Positions 52,467-64,000 of a stretch of DNA of 64,000 bases are shown piece after piece (within the stretch, counting starts at the first letter, position 1; each line of letters opens with the position of its first letter). The notes below the pieces were generated by a model. The model saw nothing but the letters and a program-made list of their open reading frames with translations, was not told the DNA's origin and ran no database searches. This DNA comes from Nageia nagi (lineage: Eukaryota; Plantae; Pinophyta): contig JBITNC010000002.1 in assembly GCA_050084985.1 (NCBI GenBank), forward strand, positions 15,562,001 through 15,626,000, read 5' to 3'. The position numbers and the translations under genes are program-made.

Positions 52467-53960
52467 TTATCCTGGTTAGGTAATTCAATATGGGGTCAAA
52501 CTTATTAATTTGTTGTACAACATTGCTTTCTTCCATCATTTTTAGCTCAAATAATTCTTACTTCAAGCCTATCTTTGCACTTGATGCTTGTGATCCAAAA
52601 AAAATATTGAGAGCAACCCACACTTGCTTTGAGGTCTTAGAGAAGCTAAAATGTTGAAAGTATACATTTGATAGTCCAAGACTAATCAAAGTTGTTTCCC
52701 TTCTATCTTTTATCATCCACTTTGAGATTCCATCAACATTAAATGATTTTCATTTAGTTCCACACATTACATTCCATAGATCCTTTTCCATAAGGATCAA
52801 TTGAATCTTGATTTGCTATGTATGGAAGTCTTTACCTTCAAAGTTTTCAATATTTGACCTTCCCTCAATGAAAACAAGCATGACCATGATTCTATTAATA
52901 ATGCACTTTAATTTTCACACTCATTTTGAAAAAACAAAACACCACCTCAATTAATCCTTTAAAAAAACTTTTATTTTTATTTTTATATATTTTCTTTCAA
53001 CACCCAACAAATAAATAAAATGGTTAAATATATACCATATAAATTCCCAGTATCTTAATAAAGTCACCAAAACCTATTTAAAAGGTGTAAGAATAATACA
53101 AATTTTGATGAACCATGATCTCATTGTTAACCATATAATATACAATCTCATTCAGGAGTTATGCATTGCTAACAATTTCAAAGGTATGGATTTGGATTAC
53201 TCAGCATTTTATGGATATTAGGACATGGACTTGAACATGTGGGCAACTTGAATGTTTGGTGTATTCAAGCTTCTCAATACTTCTCCTCACACCATCAACT
53301 TGTCTAAATCGATGCTTTTGAATCCAACATAACTATATAGAATCTCAACTTCTAAATGGAAAAAAATACCATGCTTCTCCTCCCATGGTTGGTTAATGTC
53401 TACATGAGTAATCACATGGCCCAAACAAATTTTGTAAAATCTAATGAAGCTCGTGAGATTTAATGTTGTAAAATTCCTTCACATTCTCTGTGCTTTCAAA
53501 CTTAGTGAGTTAATGCATTGGTCCTCTCACTTAAACAACAAATAAAATCCTCAACACTAAGGTGATATTCCTCTTCAATGGATGCTGGGCATCAAGTGAT
53601 CTTAAGAGTGATCAGGTCCTCCTCGCAATTCTTAACTCTTGCGAATAATGTTCGCTATGATAACAAAAAATATTTTCTATAGATTAATATTGAAATACAT
53701 ATACTATTTATAATTGATGAAGTTCTCAATAACTCCCACAAATAAAATCTATTATTGAAACTTACAAGATCCATTCTTCATTAATATGGAATAGCTTTAA
53801 CACACAATAACATAATTTATGAATCAAAAGCATAACATGATTCTTGAAGACTCTGAAAGGGCTACTCGTTGGTGTATTACTACTAAACCCATTAAGGTTA
53901 CTTCCTCTTATTACAATATCATAAGATTTTGTGCGACTTCAAATGCTAGGGGAACCCCTT

Positions 53961-54212
53961 TATTTTTGGTAGCCTTGTAAGGTTAGAAGTATCGATAGGC
54001 CACCTCGATGTCTTGACCTATGACCTATGACGTGGGTACAAGTCTCTCTTTTGCCACCTATAGCTCTTGTCGCTCTCTTAATAAACTTTTAACATCTCCA
54101 AAGATTTCTTGAGGTGGATGTTATCTTCCCCAATGAGCCTTACGAGATTGGAACTTGGGTCTACATGCCCAAAATAGATGCCTTCATCGATAGACCAATC
54201 CCTTAGGGTTGG
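53961..54212 (-). mobile_element. Probable tRNA-derived SINE
   Basis: Minus-strand A-box-like tggtctatcgatgaaggc, B-box-like aagttccaatc, A-rich tail, and degenerate TSD ggggaacccctt/ggggagctcctt. Absent from the duplicate block near 54960. Confidence 0.5.
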
Positions 54213-55852
54213 GGGGAGCTCCTTCATTCTTCATATGTAAACCTTTTTACCTCATCTAGACATGTTGGATTTGACCCATTTTCTTTGTCTACTTCTTGCT
54301 CTTACACATTGGAGTTGCTTTAATTACTCTCATGCTCTTCTTATATGTATTTTTTCTACAATCCTATTGACCAATTGTTTTGGTAATTGATGGACATTAA
54401 TTTTCAAAGCTCTTACATTATCTTTAGATTTACATGAAATTGGAGAATGTTGTTATCGAATTTCATTACATTAAACTACACATATCATATGGTTTTTGAT
54501 TCCCTCTTTGTCAGATAAGGGTTTGCTCACACTAGCTCCATATCGAGACAAATCATAATATCCTTAAAGGCCAACATATATGCAAACTATACAACATGGA
54601 ATTAGAGACTAGAGAGCATTACATGTTCATTTGTCCCATCTATTCTAAAATTCAAGGATAATTTCATTATTTGTGCAAAGGTGCCAATACTTTGAAATCA
54701 TGGATGAATTATGAAGATAAAAAATGCATCACATAATATATCAGAGAAACCATTTGCCTTTAGATAGAAAATGATTATTGATGAGGTCCAAACTTATCAC
54801 ATCTTTTTTTCAACTATATAAAGCTACGAATTGGGAGTGTAACATGATCCTTAAAGAATCTGGAAGGGCTATTTATTAGTGTATTGCTATTAAACGCATT
54901 AAAATGATTTCTTTTGCTTGCAATATCATGAGCTTCTTTCCAACCTTGATGTTGAAAGAGCCCCTTGACTCTCCATACACAAACTTTTTCTTTTAATCAG
55001 ACATATTGGATTTGACATATTTCTTGTCTACTTTTCACTCTTACACATTGGGGTTACTTTATGAGCTCTTTTTTTTTTTAATAATCATTTTGATAATTTT
55101 TTTGGTCACCTATAAACATTAATATCAAAATTTCAAATTAAAAAAAAAAAACACTTTATAATTCACCTTTCATGGATAAACTCATTTTAGGTAATATGTT
55201 ATTCAATTTTTCATCCATGAATTAGAGTTTATCTTTGAAATATATATATTTTAATTACCAAGGCTTTTTTAAAGTTACAATATAAATAAACATGATTTAC
55301 ATTCAAACATGATTAACTACAAAATAAACATTTTACTAATCAAGAATTATCTTAAAATAAGCTCTTTATTAATTATTTGTATAATTATAAATTATTAAAG
55401 TTAAATCATCATAGACTCTTTATAATTACCCAACAAAATTACCTAATCCATCATCTTAAAATAGATCAAAAAGACTTTAAAAAAATAATTTAATTTTTAA
55501 AACCTACACAATATTATAACTCCTTCAAACAAATAACAAATATAATTGAAATTAAATTAAAAAAATCGATTATAAAAATATCAACAACTCAAAGTTTTAG
55601 TATTTATCCCAACCATATAATATTATCAATCTCAAAAAAATTACATAATGAAATAAAAAAAATTAAAGAATATCCAAAACACCATCACACAAAAATGTTT
55701 TGTAAGGCTTGTAACTTAAATTCTATGTGCCCATATTACAAAAACATTACAGAAACAGGTAATTACAACCTTATCGATGACTCATTTCCTCATTATCTGC
55801 AGCCTCCAATTTTTTGGGCACTCAAAGCTACAGAAAACAGCAACAGCCGAGC

Positions 55853-57181
55853 ATGGCGGAGGCGCTTCGAAGCCCATCAGCATCTCTCACCCGCCATCCG
55901 GCCCACTTCTCTGCCGCAAAGATTCCCACAACTCTGGCCACTGTTACGAATAAACTGTACCATCATTTTCTTCTTGAGCAGAGTCACAGATTAAGCTTGT
56001 TTCGCATATCGCCAACCATTTCCCTTCTTTTTGCCCACCAAAATGTCCCAACCCTTCCCGACGCCGATAACACTCATGCCAATGCTAATTCGCACTCCCC
56101 AAATCTTTTTGCAGAGTTCGCCACCACGAAATTTAACCTTTCCTCGGCCAACATCTCACGGTTGTTCAAATACAACCCCGCCTTGGAGAGGCTCAAAACC
56201 CTTGAAAAAGTGGAGCAATTTGTTGATTTGTTTAAGAGATATGGCTGCACCAAATACCAGATTTTAACCATAATGAAACAGGCGCCATTTTGTTTGACCT
56301 TGTGTCCGGAAAAGGTGATCGAACCCAAGTTACTGCTATTGAGAGATTTGGGCCTTCAGGGGAAAGATCTTGTAAAAGTTGTTGCTCGCAATCCAAAGAT
56401 CTTAATCAGTAGCCTCCAGAATGTTCTTATTCCAAATGCCGCCTTTTTGCAACATGTATTTAAGACACAGGGTTTGTTTATCAAAGCCATTTTACGACAG
56501 CCATCAATTTTGACATACGATTTGGAGAAACACTTGAAACCCTCGGTTGCTTTCTTTGAGGACTGTGGTTTGTTTGGAGAGCAGTTGTCCAAATTTATAG
56601 CGTCACGGCCAGGACTTCTACACTGCTCCTGTTTAACACCTGCTAAAGCTGATTTCTTTCAAAAGATCGGCGTTGACAAAGGAGGTAAAATGTACAAATA
56701 TGTTTTTGGCGCTAGTGCTTGTTTCCAGCCTGGAAACTTTGGAGGCCAAAATCGACAATTTTCAGCAGTGTGGACTCACTGTCGAGGAAACCATGGAGTT
56801 ATTCAGGGTTTATCCTTTTGCATTTGGTTTTGCCGAGGAAAAAGTTCGACAAAAGATGGATTTCATAGTTAATTATATGGAGCTTCCTGCAAATTCTGTG
56901 TTAAAGTGGCGATACTTGTTACAGCACAGTCTGAAGGTTGTTAAGCCTAGGTTTATAATTTTCAAGAGAATACAAACTCTGAATAATCTTGGCCAACCTG
57001 ACATCAGGGGCTGGCTTCGATCTTGGCCATGTCAGAGGAAAAGTTTGTGAACACTATCATAGAAGGACACCCTGAATCGAAACTACTGAATGAAATTTAT
57101 CAAGAGGCTCTTACCGATGCCTCAGCAAATGCTAAAGCAGGCACAAAGAAGAATAATATGAGGAAACGGTGGTGTTTTTGA
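55853..57181 (+). pseudogene. mTERF paralog (442 aa if corrected) with two single-base homopolymer frameshifts; recent pseudogene or sequencing error
   Basis: Collinear with 20458-21717 from MAEALR to RKRWCF*. Extra T in the T5 run at 56703-56707 and a missing G in the G4 run at 57007-57010. No in-frame stops once corrected. Confidence 0.88.
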
Positions 57182-60100
57182 AAATACTAGGGAATCGCCT
57201 CGGATAGAGAATAGTAAACTGCAAATCAAATTACCTCTGCTCATCCTGGGCGAAGACAGACCCTGCTTATACCGGTAATCATTTAGCTTCTTTTTTTTTT
57301 GTCACATTTAGGGTTTAGGGTTAAACTCAAAGAGAGTTGGATTTAAATTTAGGTTTCCAGAAATTACACACTTTAGCAATTCACCTTCCATGGATCTGCA
57401 CACTCATTCAGCTTGGCTTATTTCATCCTGTGGTGCACAAATTTCCCAACTAGAAAAACATCAGAATTGACTTTGAAGTTTTGCATACGAAATTAATGTG
57501 ATTCTTTGATAATCATGTTTCTCATATAATTGGTTTGCAAACTGGTTGTGCTATCTGATAGTTAAATATAAATATTCAAGTTTTTAATTGCTTTCATGGC
57601 AGATGCCATAGATTAAGTTTCAACTACAGAAAGTCTCTGGAGTTTGTTTTGTAAATGTAATGCCATTTGAGAAGGCATGAAGGAATTGGTGGAGAGGTAA
57701 TATACTAATAGTCATACATTATGTATTCGATTTCTATAGTAATTCTTACTGTCCTGTACTTTAAACTTTATTGCTTATCTCCAAGGCTTATGCTGCATTG
57801 AGATATCTCCCTCAGCAAAGTGGCATAATTTTGGACAAAATATGCTTAAGATATTCACAGCAATTTACCTGTCTTTTACACACAACAATTTCTATCAAAA
57901 GCTCTTGATTTATTCCCATTAAGTCACAGCATATATGCTTTTGAATTTAGGGACTATACAAACTTTTCCTGAAACACTAGTCTGCATTAATGTCAAGTAT
58001 GTTTTAGATTTTTTTATTTTATTTGAAAATCTTGCCATATGAATGATGGTTATCTGTACAGACTTGGTATTAATTAGACTGAATTTTTTTTATTTCAATG
58101 CCCTTGTTGGATTAGGCTTAACTAGTCTCAAGCAAAGCCGAAAGATGGTTCATGCGTTCAGAAAAATGACTACAATCAGAAGACACCTGCCATTTAGAGC
58201 TGAATTTCTTACTACCATCGTGATGCACCAATAAAAGTTACTGACAAAAACAAATAATGTGCAGAACTTGGATATGTATTCTACTCTATAGTATACAAAT
58301 TATCCTAATAAATGCGTATTTGCGATTTATTCCTATTTTTTTTCCCTCCTTGTATTTCCGTTTAAACATTATATTTCACTTTTAGAATATTATTCTTTGT
58401 GTTTTCCCCTTTTTTCAAATTTGGCTTGGAGCCATTTTTTCCCGTACCTGAATTTGTATACGCCATTCCACCCAACCACTTCAATGTAACACAGATATTA
58501 AAGAAAAATATGTTATCGAGTTCTATCTTTTTCTTCATAGGCTTCAGTTGTCCATATGTAGGAGTTCTCGTGAATGTCTCTCTTATGTATACTTCTTAGT
58601 TCTTGTGTTTTTCTAATATTCTTTTGTTGTTTTTGATATTCTCCGTTGAGGTCTTTGCCTTTTCAATAAGAATACTTGTCATGATGAAATATAATTGTGT
58701 GGATGCTTAAGATATATGATTTTAGTTTCAGTATCTGTTATATTTTTCTTACTCACAAGATACTGTGTCCATTTTTGCTGCCATTGTTATCTGCATTAGC
58801 CTTCAGTTGTCTGTATGTAGGAATTGTTGTGAATGTCTTTCTCATGTATACTATTAGTTCTTGTATTTTTCTAATATTCGTTTGTTGTTTTTGATATTCT
58901 CCATGGAGATCTTTGAATTTTCAATAAGAATACTTGCTTATCAAGGTGAAATATAATTCTATGTACAGGATTGTGTGGATGCTTAAGCTATATGATTTTA
59001 GTTTCAATATCTGTTAATATTTTTCTCACTTACATGATTCTGTGTCCATTTTTGCTGCCACTGTTATCTGTAGTCCCTATTCTTTTTCTTTTAACTGTTA
59101 TATATTACTTTGTGTAAGAAATAATAACTATGTAAAAGTCATGTAAGTATCTTCGTTTAACAGCATTGATTACTGCCTCTAAAAAGATACATCATACTGC
59201 GAAGTATCTTGTTTCAATAACATTGCTTACTGTCTCTTGTTTTAGCACAACGATAAGACTGATTCCCAAGAGTGGTACTTCTTTAAGGTCTTTCCATAAG
59301 CACAGTTTTATTAATTTGATGGAAAATATGCTTAAGATCTCTATAACTATTTAGTGTTCTTCTACGCAGTGTGTGTGTCATCCAGTCATTTTTTTTCAAT
59401 TTATGCCCATTAAATTCACTACAGCAAAGTAAATGGAATTCGCTGACCATTAAAATATTTTCTAAAATTGTTGTTCAACACTGAAGAGTTTTACTAAAGT
59501 TCAAACTTTTGCATAATAGAGATTCAGATCTTTTTGCTTCTTAAAGAAACATTCTGCTGTAATAATTTAAATTGCTTTTTTTTTTGTAAGAGGAATGGTT
59601 ATATATTTACAAATTAATTATTCATCATTGAAGTGAATGTTTGCTGTAATAGTTATCTATACTTCAATATTCAGAGTTGCAAATTCAAAACATTTTTTTT
59701 TGGTTTAAGATACTTATTGGAAGTTGAAAGCACGGCGATAAATAATTTACACTTTTAGAAAAAATGGCTCTGAAAAGGAGACATGTAATTCAGATCTGAA
59801 TTCACTATCATGACCTTATCATTATGATGCTTTTCCATGGGCAAAGTTGAACGATTAACAGTGAACTCAATTTGGATGTATATATCAAACTTAGCAGTTT
59901 TCTGGAACACGAATATTAAAGGCCAGTATGTTGGTTTATTCTATATTTTCCTTCTCATTCCTCTCGTCTACATACGTAGAATTTTCATAATCGTATTCAA
60001 TCTTTAGGTCTGCATAAGTCGGTTATTGTTTGAACGTCTTTCTCATATATAGTATTAGATATATTTTCCCCTGAAAAAAGTGCTCTCTTGTTGTAAGTGG

Positions 60101-60300
60101 TTTCCTATAATGAGGCATTGTAACAAGACATTGGTGTCTATTCAATGAGAATACTTCATTGCGAGAGTGAGATATTGTTCCATACATAAGATTGTCTGGC
60201 TGTTTTGCATGGACATGTTTTCAGTTTCAACATTTTTTATTATTATGATATTTACATTGATTTTCTTGAATTCTTCTTTCTACTCGTGCATTAATTTTAT
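57182..60300 (+). repeat. mTERF 3' flank, copy 3
   Basis: Diverged but collinear homology to 21760-22940 and 30190-31500 (e.g. gttgttcaacactga, aagaaacattct, tggatatgtattcta). Confidence 0.7.
58542..59072. repeat. Two-copy ~260-bp tandem duplication
   Basis: 58542-58795 aligns with 58801-59072. Confidence 0.88.
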
Positions 60301-60479
60301 ACATGTTTGGGTTTCACTTGATCTTTCGACTTTTTTTTTTGTATTTAATCATGTATGTTTGGGTTTAACTAATTTTTGTTGTAGCGGTCAATTGTGGTAC
60401 ATTGCATGTAAATATGGGTTTCACTAATCAAAAGACTTGATGAGATGAAAAATTAGAATCTTTTGTAATATTTTTGAAA

Positions 60480-62600
60480 TTTGCTAAACTAGGCAAGTGT
60501 TTCAAAACCCAACTGTACTAGCGCTAGGGTTTCAGATCGCCTTTGAGATTTGTGCGGGATGAAGCACTTTGATGCATGAGTCAAATTGTTGTACTAGCGC
60601 TAGGGTTTTATATTGCCTTGAGATTTGTGTAGGAAGGTTATCTTACATTGGCTGTGAGTGCCACTTCGGATTTTCTCCATCACCTTGCTAGGTGTAGTTT
60701 TTAAATATAGAAATTGCTCAATCAGCCTAGCTATTGAAGGGAGCAATGATGCTGAGCAAAAAACCCCAAAAGTTCATCTCGAAAGTTTTTGATGAGATAA
60801 TCCCCTTGTGCCTGATGTTGATATTCCAATTGATGTTTTTAATCAAGCTTGTGGTTGGTTAGAAAAGCATACCCTTACATATTCTATAATTCATGATTGG
60901 GTACAACAATATTGGACTTCATATGGAGTAGAAGTAGAGGGGGTTCAAAATCTTAGCAAAGAGTTTTTTCAATTTTGTTTCCCAAATGAATCTCATGCTA
61001 AATCTATTTTTGACCATTGCCCATGGTATGTGCAGAACTTGCTCTTGGTTTTTCAACTATGGACTCGAGATTTCTCTGTTGAGAAGGGGAATCCTCTGGA
61101 AGTCTCGGTTTGTGTTAAGCTTCCTGGCCTCCCTATCTCTTTGTGGCCATTCCTTGAGAATATTGTTGCTACCATTGGCTCGATTGTCCATGTTGAATGA
61201 TAGATTTTATGGTGTTTGTCTGTATAAGAGAGTTTGTATCAAAGTTGATCTTTCGAAAGACCTTCGTGCTAAAGGTTGGTTTATATCAAAATGTCCAATA
61301 CTTGTTATCGTTTCCAATTGGTTGAGCACAAAATTAAGGATTGCACCCTTATGGATAATAGATTCAAAGCGCACCCTCAAGCGATGAATTGACCCTCGTT
61401 TCGGTTGCTCAGTCGAACGCCATCGATTCTCAAGGAGCTTGGACCATAGTGGGTAAGAAAAATCACCATGCTTGATAAGGTGCTAAGCAAGCGAGGTCTA
61501 TCTTGCCTCCCATGGGGAATGCATCAACTTTAACAACCATGCAACCTGCTTTGATGATGGTTCATCCTTAACCCCCAACACGACCTAAGAACAATCTTGA
61601 TCATCCTCTCTTGGAGTTAAAGTACAAAGAAGTGTTGATGCAATCACATAGACTTAGAAGCCCTAATGGAGAAGCGACCTTTCAATATGTTTGTTAGTTC
61701 CAATTATGCAAATTTTCTCTCAAATCCCTACTCTCTTGGGTAGTTAGGTGATATCGAGGAATTTGCAAGAGGATGGGGAAATTAAAGAGTTCGATGGTGA
61801 TATGAACCTCAACTCTGCTCAATGATCTTTATGTTTTGAAATGTTAGAGAATTGACATATCTAGTTCGCAAATATGCGGTCTGTAGTAAGATAGAAAAAG
61901 TCTCACATCAATACGGTAAATTAGATTTTTTGTATTTGCAAGAAGTTAAAATCTCCTACTTCAATATGGAATGGGCCTGCCCCTCTTTGTTGCTTGGTAG
62001 CTCCTTTTATGCTACTAATCATTTTCATGGTAAAGGTGGCATTATCACCATTTAGCCAACTAAATGGAATTCTTTTTTTTTTTTTTTTGTTTCTTTGGGT
62101 GTGTATCCATCAAACCAGGCAATGTGGATCCTTTTTAATATTGACAAGCAACCTTTTGGAATCATCCATGTTTATGCTTCCAATCATGGTCGTGATAGAA
62201 TTGCCTTGTGGTGGTAGTGTGCTTTGTTACTTCCCCATGCCATTTGGGTTTTTTGTGGGAATTTTAAAATGATTGAAAAGGTAGAAGACAAAGTTGGTCT
62301 CATACCCATGTGTTGTTGTGCAGGTGAGTGGAAGGCTTGGTTTTTTCTCAAAAATAAGCATGGGCTCGTTGATCCCAATGGTTGTCACATTGAGAATAAT
62401 TTTCCTGACTTTTTGTGGTTCACTTGGTACAACTTCTAGGTTGGAGAAGCTAGAGTTCTCAAACAATTGGATAGAGACATGCTCACATAACATTCAAGGT
62501 TTGCCTTTCACAATATTACCCACTCTGCGCCTCTTGTAATCTCGTCTCCTGGTAATACAATCCTAGACCACGTGCCTATTGTTTTCAATGTTGTGTCTGC
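60480..62600 (+). mobile_element. 3'-truncated L1-clade LINE (ORF1 plus AP endonuclease)
   Basis: DUF4283-type ORF1 (FQFCF..PWY..LVFQLW..VKLPGLP..IG..RVCIKVDLSK). Endonuclease motifs YLQEVK, VYAS, WVFCGNF, FTWYN, LDR, DHVP. No RT follows. Confidence 0.85.
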
Positions 62601-62859
62601 AAAGCAAACTCCAATGCCTCGCAATAGAGGAAAGAATATTGCTACAAAAGCTACATCACAATTCATAAAGCTTGCTATGGATGAAGTGCCTATTGTGCAG
62701 GAAGTTAATCTTGCTTCATTCGATGGTTATCTCAATCTGGCCAAGTATGTGGAGAGAATATTGAAGCCATTGGCCACATGTAAGTTAATATAATTTGCTA
62801 CAACGATGTTCAGTTGATATCATTTGCTACAAGTCAAAACCTTATGGATATATCAACCC

Positions 62860-62892
<33 letters not shown>
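62860..62892. repeat. (TTA)n microsatellite
   Basis: Directly visible. Confidence 0.9.
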
Positions 62893-63673
62893 GGGATCGT
62901 TTTTTGAAAGATTGCAATGGATGAATAATCAGGGAAATAAATTAAAGATCTAATAATTTTGCACGTAAATGATTAGTTTCAAACTTTGTTACATAATCTC
63001 TATTCGGGACCCATTTAGGAAGTTCCACATTCCAAACTTGTGACTTTTTACAACCCTCAAATGTTGTACTTCAGTAATAAACATCATGTAACAAACAAAT
63101 CTCCATTCATTATCCAATTTGTACTTAGATCCCTAAGGTTTTGACTTGTATATGGATAAAAATAAGATTATTCTATGGAGAGGGGGCATTTCAGCATCGA
63201 TTGATTGATTGAATAGGTTGGGCATTGAAGGAAGGCAACATGCATTTCTATAGGTTTCACTAAAATATTCCATCTTAGGTCACCCTTATTCGGTCATTAT
63301 CTAAGGGGAATCATAACACATAAGAATAGAGACTTGTATCAATGGCTATTACATATATGAGACTTAGTTCAATAATAATAAGGGGCTTTTGTGATCAAAT
63401 TTGCCAACTAATATCCGCCACAAGCAACCAATTGTTTTTGTGTCCATATATATTAACAAATATTTGGACGATGCATGAGCAAGCTAGGAATGATCATCTC
63501 CATCTAGTAGGCCTTTGTCTGCATTTTCACATTAAAAAGACTAGTCGAGAAATAAATTTGGATACTGAGTAGTATTTTAAGTTGAGTTTTGATTGAATCC
63601 CTTTCTATTTCATTAATTAATGTTTTGTCGCCATCTATGTCTACTTTTGCCTATGTTAATATATGATTTCTTA

Positions 63674-63868
63674 TATTTTTTCATATTTAAATTGTTTTTT
63701 ATGTTTATTTTTTCAGGTTATAAATGAACTTAATCCTTTAAGATGAAATGGACCTATGCATTGGAAATTTGTATTTTTTCATATTTAACTTGTTTTTTAT
63801 GTTTATTTTTTAGGTTATAAACCAACTTAATCCTTCAAAATGAAATAGACACATGCATTGGAAATTTG
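63674..63868. repeat. Two-copy ~98-bp tandem repeat
   Basis: Units start at 63674 and 63772. Confidence 0.85.
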
Positions 63869-64000
63869 TATTTTTCTTTTAAGGAGCCTCTTGGTAAGCT
63901 CTATTATATTTTTGTGAGATTGTTCAACTTCATGTTTATAGTTTGAACTTTAAAAAAAACAATGTGACAAGGCTATGTAATATGCAGGATTGAGCCTGTA

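Larger units (their letters stand above)
35050..52888 (-). mobile_element. Older Ty1/copia gag (different family), split into 52888-52467 and 35365-35050 by the nested insertion
   Basis: After removing the insert and one TTATC the frame is continuous: ENFEGKDFHT*QIKIQLILMEKDLW...ELFELKMMEESNV...LTRI|KAKVDNDGAKIVLLNNMPLSY...CY*CKKKG (zinc knuckle). Confidence 0.8.

Noticed and set aside
53100-53660. Possible gypsy RT/RNase H remnant on +
   Set aside because: Only weak motif resemblance, not supportable without a profile search.
55814-56872. 352-aa ORF as a complete protein
   Set aside because: The TTG start is upstream of a better ATG at 55853, and the C-terminal ~55 aa are out-of-frame product after the T5 run.

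Overview
AT-rich, CpG-depleted eukaryotic nuclear DNA from a large-genome land plant, probably a gymnosperm (inferred from the style of the PPR, SINE and retroelement sequences). It carries two intronless mTERF paralogs on +: one intact at 20458-21717 and one at 55853-57181 with a +1 and a -1 homopolymer frameshift. A third, CDS-less copy of the mTERF 3' flank at 29506-33264 suggests a decaying tandem array. Most of the rest is transposon-derived. The largest block is a three-level Ty1/copia nest: element 37877-46599 inside element 35366-52466, which sits inside an older copia gag. There are also RTE-X-like and L1 LINEs, Ty3/gypsy fragments, tRNA-derived SINEs, a 1.07-kb TIR element with a 4-bp TSD, and CACTA-like termini around a mosaic of PLS/DYW PPR fragments and one kinase exon. 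No rRNA, tRNA gene or CRISPR array was found, and I found no clearly new molecular machine. The best leads are the fast-diverging mTERF array, the candidate Pack-CACTA elements carrying PPR-DYW fragments, and the Sola2-like element. All alignments and counts were done by eye.
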